Assembly: GCA_963996465.1 (NCBI GenBank)
Contig: CAXEHI010000014.1
Span: forward strand, 11,089-75,088
Length of the DNA stretch: 64,000 bases
Direction of reading: 5' to 3'
Source of the DNA: an uncultured Thermoplasmata archaeon
GTDB lineage: Archaea > Thermoplasmatota > Poseidoniia > MGIII > CG-Epi1
Under the pieces are notes generated by a model. That model was not told the origin of the DNA and searched no databases. It was given only the letters and a program-made list of their open reading frames with translations. Below are positions 19,775 to 28,679 of this stretch, piece by piece; position 1 is the stretch's first letter; every line of letters begins with the position of its first letter. Both the position numbers and the translations under genes were made by a program.

Positions 19775-21357
19775 TGCCGAAAGTGTCTTTCTCCCGTAAA
19801 AACCATAGACACTCCTATTTTATTTGCACTATCGATAACTTCCTGATCCCTTATTGAGCCACCTGATTGAATAATCGAAGTTACTCCAGCTTCGGCAGCA
19901 GCTTCTATACCATCTGGAAATGGAAAGAAAGCATCAGATGCCATAACAGTACCTTTCGCATCCGGTCTAGATTTGAAAGAAGCAATTTTCACAGAATCAA
20001 CTCTAGACATTTGTCCAGCACCTATGCCAATGGTTCGTTTACCCTTTGTAAACACTATTGCATTAGATCTAATATGTTTCATCAATCTCCAACCATACAT
20101 TAAGCCAACCCATTCTTCTTCCGTAGGTTTTTTGTTTGTAACTACCGTACATTCTTCTCTAGTTACTCTTTTTTTATCAGATTCTTGAACAAGCCATCCA
20201 CCGGCAACAGATTTCATCTGTTTTCCCGCTTTATATTTTCTAATATCTCCAACCTCTAATAATCTCATATTCTTTTTCTGACTTAATATTTCTAAAGCTT
20301 TTTTAGAGAATGAAGGTGCGATTATTCCTTCTTTAAATGATTCTACTATCTTATTGGCCGTTTCAGTATCTACTTCTCTATTAATGCCAATTATTCCACC
20401 AAATGCCGAAGAAGGATCCGTTTCAAGGGCAAAATCATACGCTTCTGATATTATTTCAGATGAGGCTACACCACAAGGATTGGTGTGTTTGATTATTACT
20501 ACAGTAGGTTCTTCAAAATCAGCTACTATTGCTAACGCACCATCAAAATCAAGTATATTGTTGTAGCTAAGTTGTTTTCCTTGCAATTGTTTAGCTGTCG
20601 CTATAGATGGCGTTTCTACCCTAGGATTTACATAGAATGCACCATTTTGATGAGGGTTTTCTGCATATCTTAATTCACCCTTTCTTTTTCCGCTTATATT
20701 CAAATATTCATTAGATAAAGTATCTATATCGAAACGTTCGGATAATTCATTCTGTATGTATGTATCATATTTTGCAGTATGCTGAAACGCTTTCAAAGCT
20801 AAACGCTCTCTCATTTCTACATCTACCCCCCCTTTCTCAATTGCTCGTATTACTTCATCATAATCTTGAGGTTCTACAACTACACACACTCTAGAATAAT
20901 TTTTAGCTGCAGCTCGAATCAAACTAGGTCCTCCTACATCAATCATTTCTATCAATTCAGATAATGTTTTCTCTTTCTTTGCAGTCTCTTCAAATGGATA
21001 CAAATTTACTATAACTAAATCTATATCTTCTATTCCCAATTCTTCTTTCTGTTCTCGATCTTCTTCTCTGGCTAATATACCTCCAAAAACTTTTGGATGT
21101 AAAGTTTTCACCCTTCCATCCATAATCTCTGGAAATCCAGTTACTTGTTGAACACTTTTTACTTCAACCTTTTCATTTTCAATAACTTTTTTTGTACCGC
21201 CAGTGGATATTATTTCAATTCCACATTTATTCAATCTTTTTACAAATTCAGCTAATCCTTCTTTATTGCTTACACTAATCAAGGCCCTTTTCACAGATAA
21301 ATTTTCCATTTTATTTTCGGTTGACAATTCCAAATTACCTCTATTTTTTGCTTTCAA
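19771..21357 (-). CDS. purH: Bifunctional AICAR transformylase / IMP cyclohydrolase PurH
   Basis: KRALISVSNKEGLAEFVKRL...GGTKKVIE...RVKTLHPKVFGGILAR matches the MGS-like IMPCH domain, followed by the AICARFT domain. The true start is probably the internal Met near 21309. Confidence 0.9.
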   Translation of the reverse strand: MKAKNRGNLELSTENKMENLSVKRALISVSNKEGLAEFVKRLNKCGIEIISTGGTKKVIENEKVEVKSVQQVTGFPEIMDGRVKTLHPKVFGGILAREEDREQKEELGIEDIDLVIVNLYPFEETAKKEKTLSELIEMIDVGGPSLIRAAAKNYSRVCVVVEPQDYDEVIRAIEKGGVDVEMRERLALKAFQHTAKYDTYIQNELSERFDIDTLSNEYLNISGKRKGELRYAENPHQNGAFYVNPRVETPSIATAKQLQGKQLSYNNILDFDGALAIVADFEEPTVVIIKHTNPCGVASSEIISEAYDFALETDPSSAFGGIIGINREVDTETANKIVESFKEGIIAPSFSKKALEILSQKKNMRLLEVGDIRKYKAGKQMKSVAGGWLVQESDKKRVTREECTVVTNKKPTEEEWVGLMYGWRLMKHIRSNAIVFTKGKRTIGIGAGQMSRVDSVKIASFKSRPDAKGTVMASDAFFPFPDGIEAAAEAGVTSIIQSGGSIRDQEVIDSANKIGVSMVFTGERHFRH

Positions 21358-22064
21358 GTACTGTTTGGAAGACGTTTAAGATGTTTCCCTACTACTTCTT
21401 TCGTTACGAATACTGTAGTGCCTGCTTTCATTATTTTTCCACCATCTTTTTCGGCTTCGCGTACATCCAACATCAACACTACGGGCTTCCCAATTATGTG
21501 TCTTCCTGCTTCAAGAGCATTCAGTCTTGTTCCTGATAAGTGTACCATCATTCTATCTTCTGGAAAAAGACCATTTTCTATATATTCTTCTACGTCTTCT
21601 TCTGAACATGCATAATAGAGATGATCTGGTATCCCTTCAGTAGGTAAATCTAAATCTAAATCAATGGAGTGGGCGTAGGTTGCCCTTATTCTATTATCTT
21701 CAAATTGATATCTTCCTTTAGGATCTGTTTCTATTACGGATTTTACATGTTTAATAGTTAAATATCCTAATCCACCCCTCTTTTGTTTAATTGCCTCCAC
21801 AAATTCTCCAACATCTATCCATCCTTGCTGCGTCATTTCTAACTCAAAACGATCTGGAAAATGTCTGAGTATTCCTGCCATTATACGTCCAAATTTGTCA
21901 ACGTGTCTTGGGGACATTATCATTTCCCCCTCCTCTCCACAAAATTGACATTTTTCTCCTCTAAAAAAACCGTGTTCAAATTTTACACATTCTTTTACAG
22001 GTTTTTCCTGCACCCTTCTTCTGTTCGAATAATTACGTCTGTACCCTGTCATACATAACCTCAT
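21354..22064 (-). CDS. kptA: RNA 2'-phosphotransferase Tpt1/KptA family, with an N-terminal Cys-rich extension
   Basis: LRH-P motif region (AGILRHFPDRFELEMTQQGWIDVGEFV) and the C-terminal HLSGTR...GKPVVLMLD block of Tpt1. The start is uncertain. Confidence 0.7.
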   Translation of the reverse strand: MRLCMTGYRRNYSNRRRVQEKPVKECVKFEHGFFRGEKCQFCGEEGEMIMSPRHVDKFGRIMAGILRHFPDRFELEMTQQGWIDVGEFVEAIKQKRGGLGYLTIKHVKSVIETDPKGRYQFEDNRIRATYAHSIDLDLDLPTEGIPDHLYYACSEEDVEEYIENGLFPEDRMMVHLSGTRLNALEAGRHIIGKPVVLMLDVREAEKDGGKIMKAGTTVFVTKEVVGKHLKRLPNST

Positions 22065-22098
22065 TCCAAAGGTGTGTGTAAAATGTTTTTCATTTCAA

Positions 22099-23670
22099 TT
22101 ATTGCAGTTTCGTTTGTTTCGTATCGCTATTTTCTCGTCCTATATCCTCATCATCTAAGTCTAAATTTATATTTTCTAGCATTCTATACATCTCCCGTTC
22201 TTTGGAACGGCTACTCCAATGAGCCGCTTCATCTCTGGTATCTTCAGTCATAAACATATAGACAATTCCCGATGAATCTCTACCCGTTCTACCTCTTCGT
22301 TGAATCAGTCTTATTGCAGAAGGTACTGGTTCGTAAAAAATTACTACATCAGTGGAAGGTATGTCTAACCCTTCTTCTCCCACTGATGTCGCTACTAATA
22401 CGTTGTATTCTCCGCTACGAAATTTCTCTAATATCTCTTTTTGCTCATTCTGTGTTAATCCTTTATCACCTTCTCTACTACTCTGTCCAACAAACCTAAT
22501 AGAATTCGCATTAGGTACACGCTCTAATTTCTCTACAATCAATGTCGCTGTATGTCTTATTTCAGTAAAAACTATTATTCTTTTAGATCCTTCATTTATG
22601 TGCATATTTATCAAATTCAATAATTTCGGAAGTTTAGGATGTTCCGTTTTATCATTTCTTGCAACTTCTAACGCTATTTTCCAAAATTCTTTCTTTACTA
22701 ATTGCTTATTAGCTCTACTACCTCCCTTTTTCGCCGCTTCCTTTTCAATTCTTTCTGCGTAATGTATAAATTGCTCCAAACCCTGACTCTCTATAGTTTG
22801 AATCGCATGCGCTATTTTCATACCTATTGCTTGCGTAGTCATTGCATTATAGAATGGATATTTCGCACTTCCTTTCGCCTGTATTAATCTTACTTGCACT
22901 TCCTTTCCAATTCTTAAAAGAGAACTAGTTGATACGTGTCTTGGATTGGATAAAAATCCTTGCTTATACAGTTCCCCTCCTATAATTCCCAATGCATTTT
23001 TTAATTCTCTTCTCACTCCTTTTTCTACATCTGTCATTTCAACTTTAATCCAATTAGTTTCAAGTTTTTGGATGTACGGCATCACATCTTCATCAGTATC
23101 ACTTCTTTTTTCTATTTTTTTTATTCCTAAATTTTTACATATATTTACAACATGTTCCTTAGTACTTCCAGGTGAAGCTGTCATTCCTAATGTCAAAAAG
23201 CATTCAGCATTTTCTTTGTAAAATTTTCCAATCTTTACATAAGCATAGTTTCCAACCGCTCTATGTGCTTCATCAAATACAACTAAAGAATAATCTTTCA
23301 AATCAGTATATCCTCTTTCTATATCCTTTTCAACAACTTGCGGAGTCGAAATTATAAAGTCAGTATTTTCCCAAAGTCGCTCTCTTTCTTTAGGTGCGAT
23401 ATTACCTGTGAATAATTCAATATTCATATCTAAATATTTTTCGAAGAAGTTAGCGTGCTGTTGAGCAAGAGGTTTTGTGGGTGCAAGAAATAAAATTTTA
23501 CCAATTTCAAGTCTTTTCAAAATAACTCTTAATGCAATAACAGTTTTTCCTAGACCAGTTGGTAGAACTGCTAGTGTAGACTGTTTCAAACAGACTTCCG
23601 AAACTCTGTTTTGGTATTCCCTCTCTTCTAAATCCTTTATTTTCAATAACTGACTCTCAAATACACTCAT
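22099..23670 (-). CDS. Hef/FANCM-family DEAH-box superfamily-2 helicase (helicase domain only)
   Basis: Walker A LPTGLGKT, DEAH box VVFDEAHRAVG, and helicase motif VI QRRGRTGR. It is 523 aa with no nuclease domain. Confidence 0.7.
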   Translation of the reverse strand: MSVFESQLLKIKDLEEREYQNRVSEVCLKQSTLAVLPTGLGKTVIALRVILKRLEIGKILFLAPTKPLAQQHANFFEKYLDMNIELFTGNIAPKERERLWENTDFIISTPQVVEKDIERGYTDLKDYSLVVFDEAHRAVGNYAYVKIGKFYKENAECFLTLGMTASPGSTKEHVVNICKNLGIKKIEKRSDTDEDVMPYIQKLETNWIKVEMTDVEKGVRRELKNALGIIGGELYKQGFLSNPRHVSTSSLLRIGKEVQVRLIQAKGSAKYPFYNAMTTQAIGMKIAHAIQTIESQGLEQFIHYAERIEKEAAKKGGSRANKQLVKKEFWKIALEVARNDKTEHPKLPKLLNLINMHINEGSKRIIVFTEIRHTATLIVEKLERVPNANSIRFVGQSSREGDKGLTQNEQKEILEKFRSGEYNVLVATSVGEEGLDIPSTDVVIFYEPVPSAIRLIQRRGRTGRDSSGIVYMFMTEDTRDEAAHWSSRSKEREMYRMLENINLDLDDEDIGRENSDTKQTKLQ

Positions 23671-23742
23671 GCCAGTACGTAACTCTAGTTACACCTTAAG
23701 AGTTATACACCCAGTTCAATTTGTTGTTTTGAACATATCGAT

Positions 23743-24534
23743 GTGATTATTTTGAGTTATTATTACGAAAATAAAAGAGCAATCGTTCGAGGAATTCCGA
23801 ATACGTTCAGTTCCGCTATCTCAAAATACATGGGTTCTGGCCCCATAGATGTAGATTCTGCAAAGGTTCAACACAATTCTTACGTTGCAAAATTAAAATC
23901 ACTCAAGGTTGAAGTTTTGAAACTAATGCCAGACGACAACTATCCGGATTGCTGTTTTGTAGAAGATCAAGTTGTAGTTATTGATGATAGAGCCCTAATC
24001 ACTAATGCAGGCGCTCAATCTAGAAAGGGGGAAAAAGACGCAATAGTCGGCATACTAAGTGAAAAATTAGTTTTGGAATTTATGGAATCTCCAGCAGAAT
24101 TAGATGGCGGTGATGTTTTACGTGTGGGTAATACGATATATGTTGGTAGTAGTACGCGCACAAATATTCACGGAATAAAATTTTTGGAAGATTTTGCAAA
24201 TAAGGCCAATATTAAAGTAAAAACGATACCCATTCCTACTGATTCTTTACATCTTAAAAGCATCTGCTCATCACCTTGTCCTGATACTTTGATAGTTGCA
24301 AAAGACACACTCCCCCTACACCTTTTCGACCCCAGTCACAAATTGTTACAAATACCAAAAGAGGACATTTATGCTGCAAACACAATAGGTATAGGGCAAG
24401 ATTTAATCGTTCCCGATGAGTATCCAAATACACATAAAATCCTCGAAGATCAAGGTTTTATTCTTCATAAATTAAGTATGTCTCAAATTCGAAATGCCGA
24501 CGGTTCCCTTACCTGTCTTTCAGTATTTTATTGA
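23743..24534 (+). CDS. Amidinotransferase-superfamily enzyme, DDAH-like (dimethylarginine dimethylaminohydrolase / arginine deiminase-like)
   Basis: FVEDQVVVIDDRALI, GGDVL, STRTN and a C-terminal catalytic-Cys context (GSLTCLS) match the DDAH family. Confidence 0.65.
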   Translation: MIILSYYYENKRAIVRGIPNTFSSAISKYMGSGPIDVDSAKVQHNSYVAKLKSLKVEVLKLMPDDNYPDCCFVEDQVVVIDDRALITNAGAQSRKGEKDAIVGILSEKLVLEFMESPAELDGGDVLRVGNTIYVGSSTRTNIHGIKFLEDFANKANIKVKTIPIPTDSLHLKSICSSPCPDTLIVAKDTLPLHLFDPSHKLLQIPKEDIYAANTIGIGQDLIVPDEYPNTHKILEDQGFILHKLSMSQIRNADGSLTCLSVFY

Positions 24535-24574
24535 AAATCATTAATATAAACTGTACTATCTGTGAGTTCAAATC

Positions 24575-25900
24575 ATGACAAATTCCATGGAAATAAAACC
24601 AGCCTCTGGAAAGCTAGGAGTTCTACTTCCAGGCCTCGGTGCCGTTAGTACTACTTTCATCGCTGGTGTAGAGGCTGTTAAGGCAGGCATCGGTAAACCT
24701 ATAGGCTCTCTAACTCAAATGGGAACTTTGAGGTTGGGTAAACGAAACGAACAGCGCGATTCAAAGATTAAAGATTTCGTCCCTTTATATGATTTAGAAA
24801 ATTTAGTTTTCGGAGGTTGGGACATTTTTGCAGAATATCCCGATTGCTATTCGGCCGCTGTAAATGCAGGAGTTCTTGAACAAACTTTACTAGATCAATT
24901 AAAAGAACCACTTTCAGAAATCAAATCTATGCCAGCAGTTTTTAATCAAAAATACGTTAAAAATCTAAATCCAACTAGAATTAAGGATGTTACAAGCCAT
25001 AGGGATGCTATTGATGCTTTAAGGACTGATATTCGGAATTTCAAAGAAGTTAATAACCTAGAAAGGGCCGTTATGGTGTGGTGCGGAAGCACAGAAACAT
25101 TCCAAGCGCCCGATTCAAATATTTTCGAGGATCTTTCTAGTTTTGAAAAAGCATTAGATGATAACAATCCATCAATCTTGCCTAGCGTTTTGTACGCTTA
25201 CGCCGCATTACATGAAGGGGTTCCATATGCTAACGGCGCTCCAAATCTCTCTGCAGATTTTCCAGCAATGTATGAACTTTCTCATAAATTAAAAGTTCCA
25301 ATTGCAGGTAAGGATTTCAAAACGGGTCAGACATTAATGAAAACCATTCTTGCTCCCGGCCTCAAAGCTAGAATGCTAGGTATTGAGGGGTGGTTCTCTA
25401 CAAATATTTTAGGCAACAGAGATGGCGAAGTTCTCGATGATCCAGAAAGTTTCAAAACTAAAGAAGTTTCAAAACTAGGAGTTCTTGAACAAATTCTAAA
25501 ACCTGAGGAAAATCCAGACCTCTATGGGGATTTATATCACAAAGTTAGAATTAATTATTATCCACCAAGAGGTGATGACAAAGAAGGTTGGGACAATATA
25601 GATATCAGAGGTTGGTTGAATTATCCCATGCAAATCAAAATAGATTTCCTATGTAAAGATTCAATCTTAGCTGCACCTATTGTTCTCGATTTAGCACTCT
25701 TTATGGACTTAGCTGCCAGATCTGGTAAGTACGGCATACAGGAATGGCTATCCTTTTACTTCAAATCACCAACATGTAAGCCAGACCTTTACCCCTTACA
25801 TGATTTATTTGTTCAGAAAAATAAATTAGAAAACACACTTAGAGATTTAATGGGTGAGGATCTAATAACCAATCTCGGTTTAGATTATTACGATGAATAA
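24575..25900 (+). CDS. myo-Inositol-1-phosphate synthase
   Basis: The N-terminal Rossmann region (LGVLLPGLGAVSTTFIAGVEA) and an NILGNRDG block resembling the MIPS NHLGNNDG motif. 441 aa. Confidence 0.65.
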   Translation: MTNSMEIKPASGKLGVLLPGLGAVSTTFIAGVEAVKAGIGKPIGSLTQMGTLRLGKRNEQRDSKIKDFVPLYDLENLVFGGWDIFAEYPDCYSAAVNAGVLEQTLLDQLKEPLSEIKSMPAVFNQKYVKNLNPTRIKDVTSHRDAIDALRTDIRNFKEVNNLERAVMVWCGSTETFQAPDSNIFEDLSSFEKALDDNNPSILPSVLYAYAALHEGVPYANGAPNLSADFPAMYELSHKLKVPIAGKDFKTGQTLMKTILAPGLKARMLGIEGWFSTNILGNRDGEVLDDPESFKTKEVSKLGVLEQILKPEENPDLYGDLYHKVRINYYPPRGDDKEGWDNIDIRGWLNYPMQIKIDFLCKDSILAAPIVLDLALFMDLAARSGKYGIQEWLSFYFKSPTCKPDLYPLHDLFVQKNKLENTLRDLMGEDLITNLGLDYYDE

Positions 25901-25903
25901 TCT

Positions 25904-26275
25904 ATGCCAACTATCGATGAAATAGATGTAGCAATTTTAGCTTTTGTTTCAGATCATAAAAAATCTAGCGTTACTGATGGTGCAAAAGCTCTCTATCAAC
26001 CAAGCGATGTTTACGAATTACAAAAAAAAGATGCAATGCTCCGGCATCGTTACAAAGCTTTAGCAGATCGTGGTCTTTTAATTCCCAAAGAAGACGGCAG
26101 AAGAACTCTTTATAGTGTAGATAAAAAAAGAATAAAATTCGGCGTCGGTCTACATGAAAAATTAGGCGTCAGGTTAGATTCACGTCTAGAAGATGATTAC
26201 TGTATTTTAATAATTCTTGAGAATGGAATAGTTATACATTCATTAGATGCACTTGAAGATAAATGGGGGGTGTAG
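25904..26275 (+). CDS. Hypothetical protein, possible winged-helix DNA-binding protein
   Basis: 123 aa. The predicted helix-turn-wing region is YELQKKDAMLRHRYKALADRGLLIPKEDGRRTLYSV. Weak. Confidence 0.3.
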   Translation: MPTIDEIDVAILAFVSDHKKSSVTDGAKALYQPSDVYELQKKDAMLRHRYKALADRGLLIPKEDGRRTLYSVDKKRIKFGVGLHEKLGVRLDSRLEDDYCILIILENGIVIHSLDALEDKWGV

Positions 26276-26308
26276 TTTGATACATCAAAATTCTGTTTCG
26301 AAAATCGG

Positions 26309-26317
26309 TTATATATT
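26309..26317 (+). promoter_or_regulatory. Candidate archaeal TATA box (with a purine-rich BRE-like stretch upstream) for the beta-propeller gene
   Basis: TTATATATT is centred about 32 nt upstream of the ATG at 26345 and preceded by cgaaaa. Confidence 0.3.
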
Positions 26318-26344
26318 GTCTATATTTCTTGTGGAGCGTTCAAA

Positions 26345-28642
26345 ATGAGTAAGCGCAATGATTTCGTCGGTTTTGTAGGTTATCGAAAGCAGAGAGAACC
26401 TTCATTCGTTCAACCAGCTCCTTTCACATCTTCTTGGAATCCTTTATTCAGCGTTTTGATTGTTTTTTGCGTTATTTTTTCAGGAGCTGCAATGTTATTC
26501 AGCCCCTTTGATGATGAAATGGACAATACATATCAGGTAGAATTTCTGAAGACTATGGTTTCAGAAAAGTCTAGAGATTCGCCTGCATTAATCGGTTACG
26601 AGTCTTGTATCGATTTGGAAGATAGATTGAAAACCAATGTTAAAGATGAAATGGTCACTACAGTAGGTTTAGGATATGGGTATGGTATTTCTCCAGAATT
26701 CATGGTCGATGTGGCAATGGACGACGGCACAGCTTTGGAAAGTGTAGACAGCCCTACTAGTGCATCTACCGGCTCATCTTCAAATCAGGAATTTTCTGGT
26801 ACAAACAATCAAGAACAGGATGTCGACGAAGGTGATTTCGTAAAAACAGATGGTGATTTCATTTACGTGTTGAATGATTGGGATTACCAAGTTTACAAGA
26901 ATTGGGGTTGGTCTTACGAATCAAAGAGTATTCTACATATCTTAGCGATACCCGAATTCGGACAAATTGAAAATACATCTTCTATAGCAATCGAAGGAAA
27001 TGCGAGAGAAATGCTCTTAGCGGGTGATAAAATGATAGTCTATTCAGACATTTCTACATGGGATATGCAAGAAGATCACATGCTTTTAGATTACATTCGT
27101 TCCGATGGTAATTATCGTGTCTATGAAATGACCAAAATGACAATTTTAGATATCTCTAACCGTTCCTCCCCACAAGTGAATCAAGAAGTATATATCGAAG
27201 GAAATTATCAGACTGCTAGAGAGGTAGATGGCACTGTTAGGATGGTGTCCTATGCATACTTAGATATTCCTGAGGTTTTAAGTTACATAAATTATGATTA
27301 TGAAGTTTTCTGGGCAGATGGTACGACAGATAGTGCTAGAGAAGACATGTGGCGTGAGGCTGCAACCTCTACCATAGAGCATAATAATAACATAATTGAC
27401 AAGGCTCCACTTTCTGATTTAGTTCCCGCAATTTATTATATGAATGAAGGCGATTTAGAGGAATTCAACTTCGCAACCGATGGCGATTCTGGTTGTGATA
27501 ATTTTGTTATATCTAGTGATGGAACTGGTGATGGTTTCACTTCAATCTTGACTATCGACTTAACCACAGATAATTTCAGTTTTGAAGCAGACCATATGAT
27601 GACCAATTATCCAACTATTTATTCTTCTTCTGATACTATGATTATTTCAGAAAATACTAATGATTGGTGGTGGTATATGTTGGATGAAACAGATTATACT
27701 GAAGCTACCAATATTCATACTTTCGATGTAAGTGGGATGGGGGATACAAAATATATTGCAAGCGGAAGGGTGGACGGTACTGTTTCTGGCCAATTCTCTC
27801 TTTCTGAGTACAATGACGATATACGTGTAGTTTCTACAACTGGAGAATGGAATCGTTGGTGGTTGGATAATCCAGAAGAATCAGAAACAATAGTTTGTGT
27901 CTTGCGTCAAGTTGAAAGTAGTCACGACTTATCTGAAGTGGGTAGGGTAGATGGAATTGCATTAGGAGAACGACTATGGTCTGCTCGTTTTGTTGACGAA
28001 AAGGCATACTTAGTCACTTTTAGAATTATAGATCCTCTTTGGATTATAGATTTAAGCAATCCTACTATGCCGACAATAGAAGGTGAATTAGAAGTTCCAG
28101 GAGTTTCTACATACATACACCCTTTGGATGGGGATAGATTACTAACTATAGGTTATGGCGGCGATTCAGAAGGTCTCGATTGGAGTACACAGATTTCTTT
28201 ATTCGATGTTAGCGATTCTAATAATCCAACATTATCTACTTCTTTATCCCTCATGCCTGCAGATGAGAATGGTGGTTGGAGTTGGGGTTGGAGTGAAGCA
28301 ACTTATGAACACAAAGCTTTCCAATATTGGAATGGTACTTTAGCTATACCAATGAGTACATACAAATACGATTGTGATGAGGATGGCTGGCGCTGTACTT
28401 ATGAGTACGTAACTAAATTAGTGTTAATTGACGTCACAGGTCATAATTTAGAATTAGATGGGGAGATCCATCATTCAGATTTTTACAATGAAGATAATAC
28501 TTATTGGTATAATATCGATGTTCGCAGGTCAATTTTCATGGGCGATTTTGTTTATTCAATAAGTAAAGGCGTAGTTCTAGTTCATAATCTTTCGGACTTT
28601 GAAATGAAGGATTCTGTAAACTTGGGCATCACTTCAAACTAA
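26345..28642 (+). CDS. Secreted/membrane-anchored beta-propeller-domain protein (Beta_propel family)
   Basis: 765 aa. An N-terminal TM/signal (LFSVLIVFCVIFSGAAMLF), a long acidic W/Y-rich ectodomain, and a C-terminal block KAYLVTFRIIDPLWIIDLSNPTMPTIEGELEVPGVSTYIHPLDGDRLLTIGYGG typical of archaeal surface beta-propeller proteins. Confidence 0.6.
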   Translation: MSKRNDFVGFVGYRKQREPSFVQPAPFTSSWNPLFSVLIVFCVIFSGAAMLFSPFDDEMDNTYQVEFLKTMVSEKSRDSPALIGYESCIDLEDRLKTNVKDEMVTTVGLGYGYGISPEFMVDVAMDDGTALESVDSPTSASTGSSSNQEFSGTNNQEQDVDEGDFVKTDGDFIYVLNDWDYQVYKNWGWSYESKSILHILAIPEFGQIENTSSIAIEGNAREMLLAGDKMIVYSDISTWDMQEDHMLLDYIRSDGNYRVYEMTKMTILDISNRSSPQVNQEVYIEGNYQTAREVDGTVRMVSYAYLDIPEVLSYINYDYEVFWADGTTDSAREDMWREAATSTIEHNNNIIDKAPLSDLVPAIYYMNEGDLEEFNFATDGDSGCDNFVISSDGTGDGFTSILTIDLTTDNFSFEADHMMTNYPTIYSSSDTMIISENTNDWWWYMLDETDYTEATNIHTFDVSGMGDTKYIASGRVDGTVSGQFSLSEYNDDIRVVSTTGEWNRWWLDNPEESETIVCVLRQVESSHDLSEVGRVDGIALGERLWSARFVDEKAYLVTFRIIDPLWIIDLSNPTMPTIEGELEVPGVSTYIHPLDGDRLLTIGYGGDSEGLDWSTQISLFDVSDSNNPTLSTSLSLMPADENGGWSWGWSEATYEHKAFQYWNGTLAIPMSTYKYDCDEDGWRCTYEYVTKLVLIDVTGHNLELDGEIHHSDFYNEDNTYWYNIDVRRSIFMGDFVYSISKGVVLVHNLSDFEMKDSVNLGITSN

Positions 28643-28679
28643 ACAAAGGTTTTTTCACCAAAGTTTTATTGAGCATTTT

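Noticed and set aside
23671-23742. Inverted repeat GTAAC-TCTA-GTTAC in the divergent Hef-helicase/DDAH promoter region
   Set aside because: It is only a 5-bp half-site palindrome. It is plausible as an operator but too short to distinguish from chance in a 72-nt spacer.
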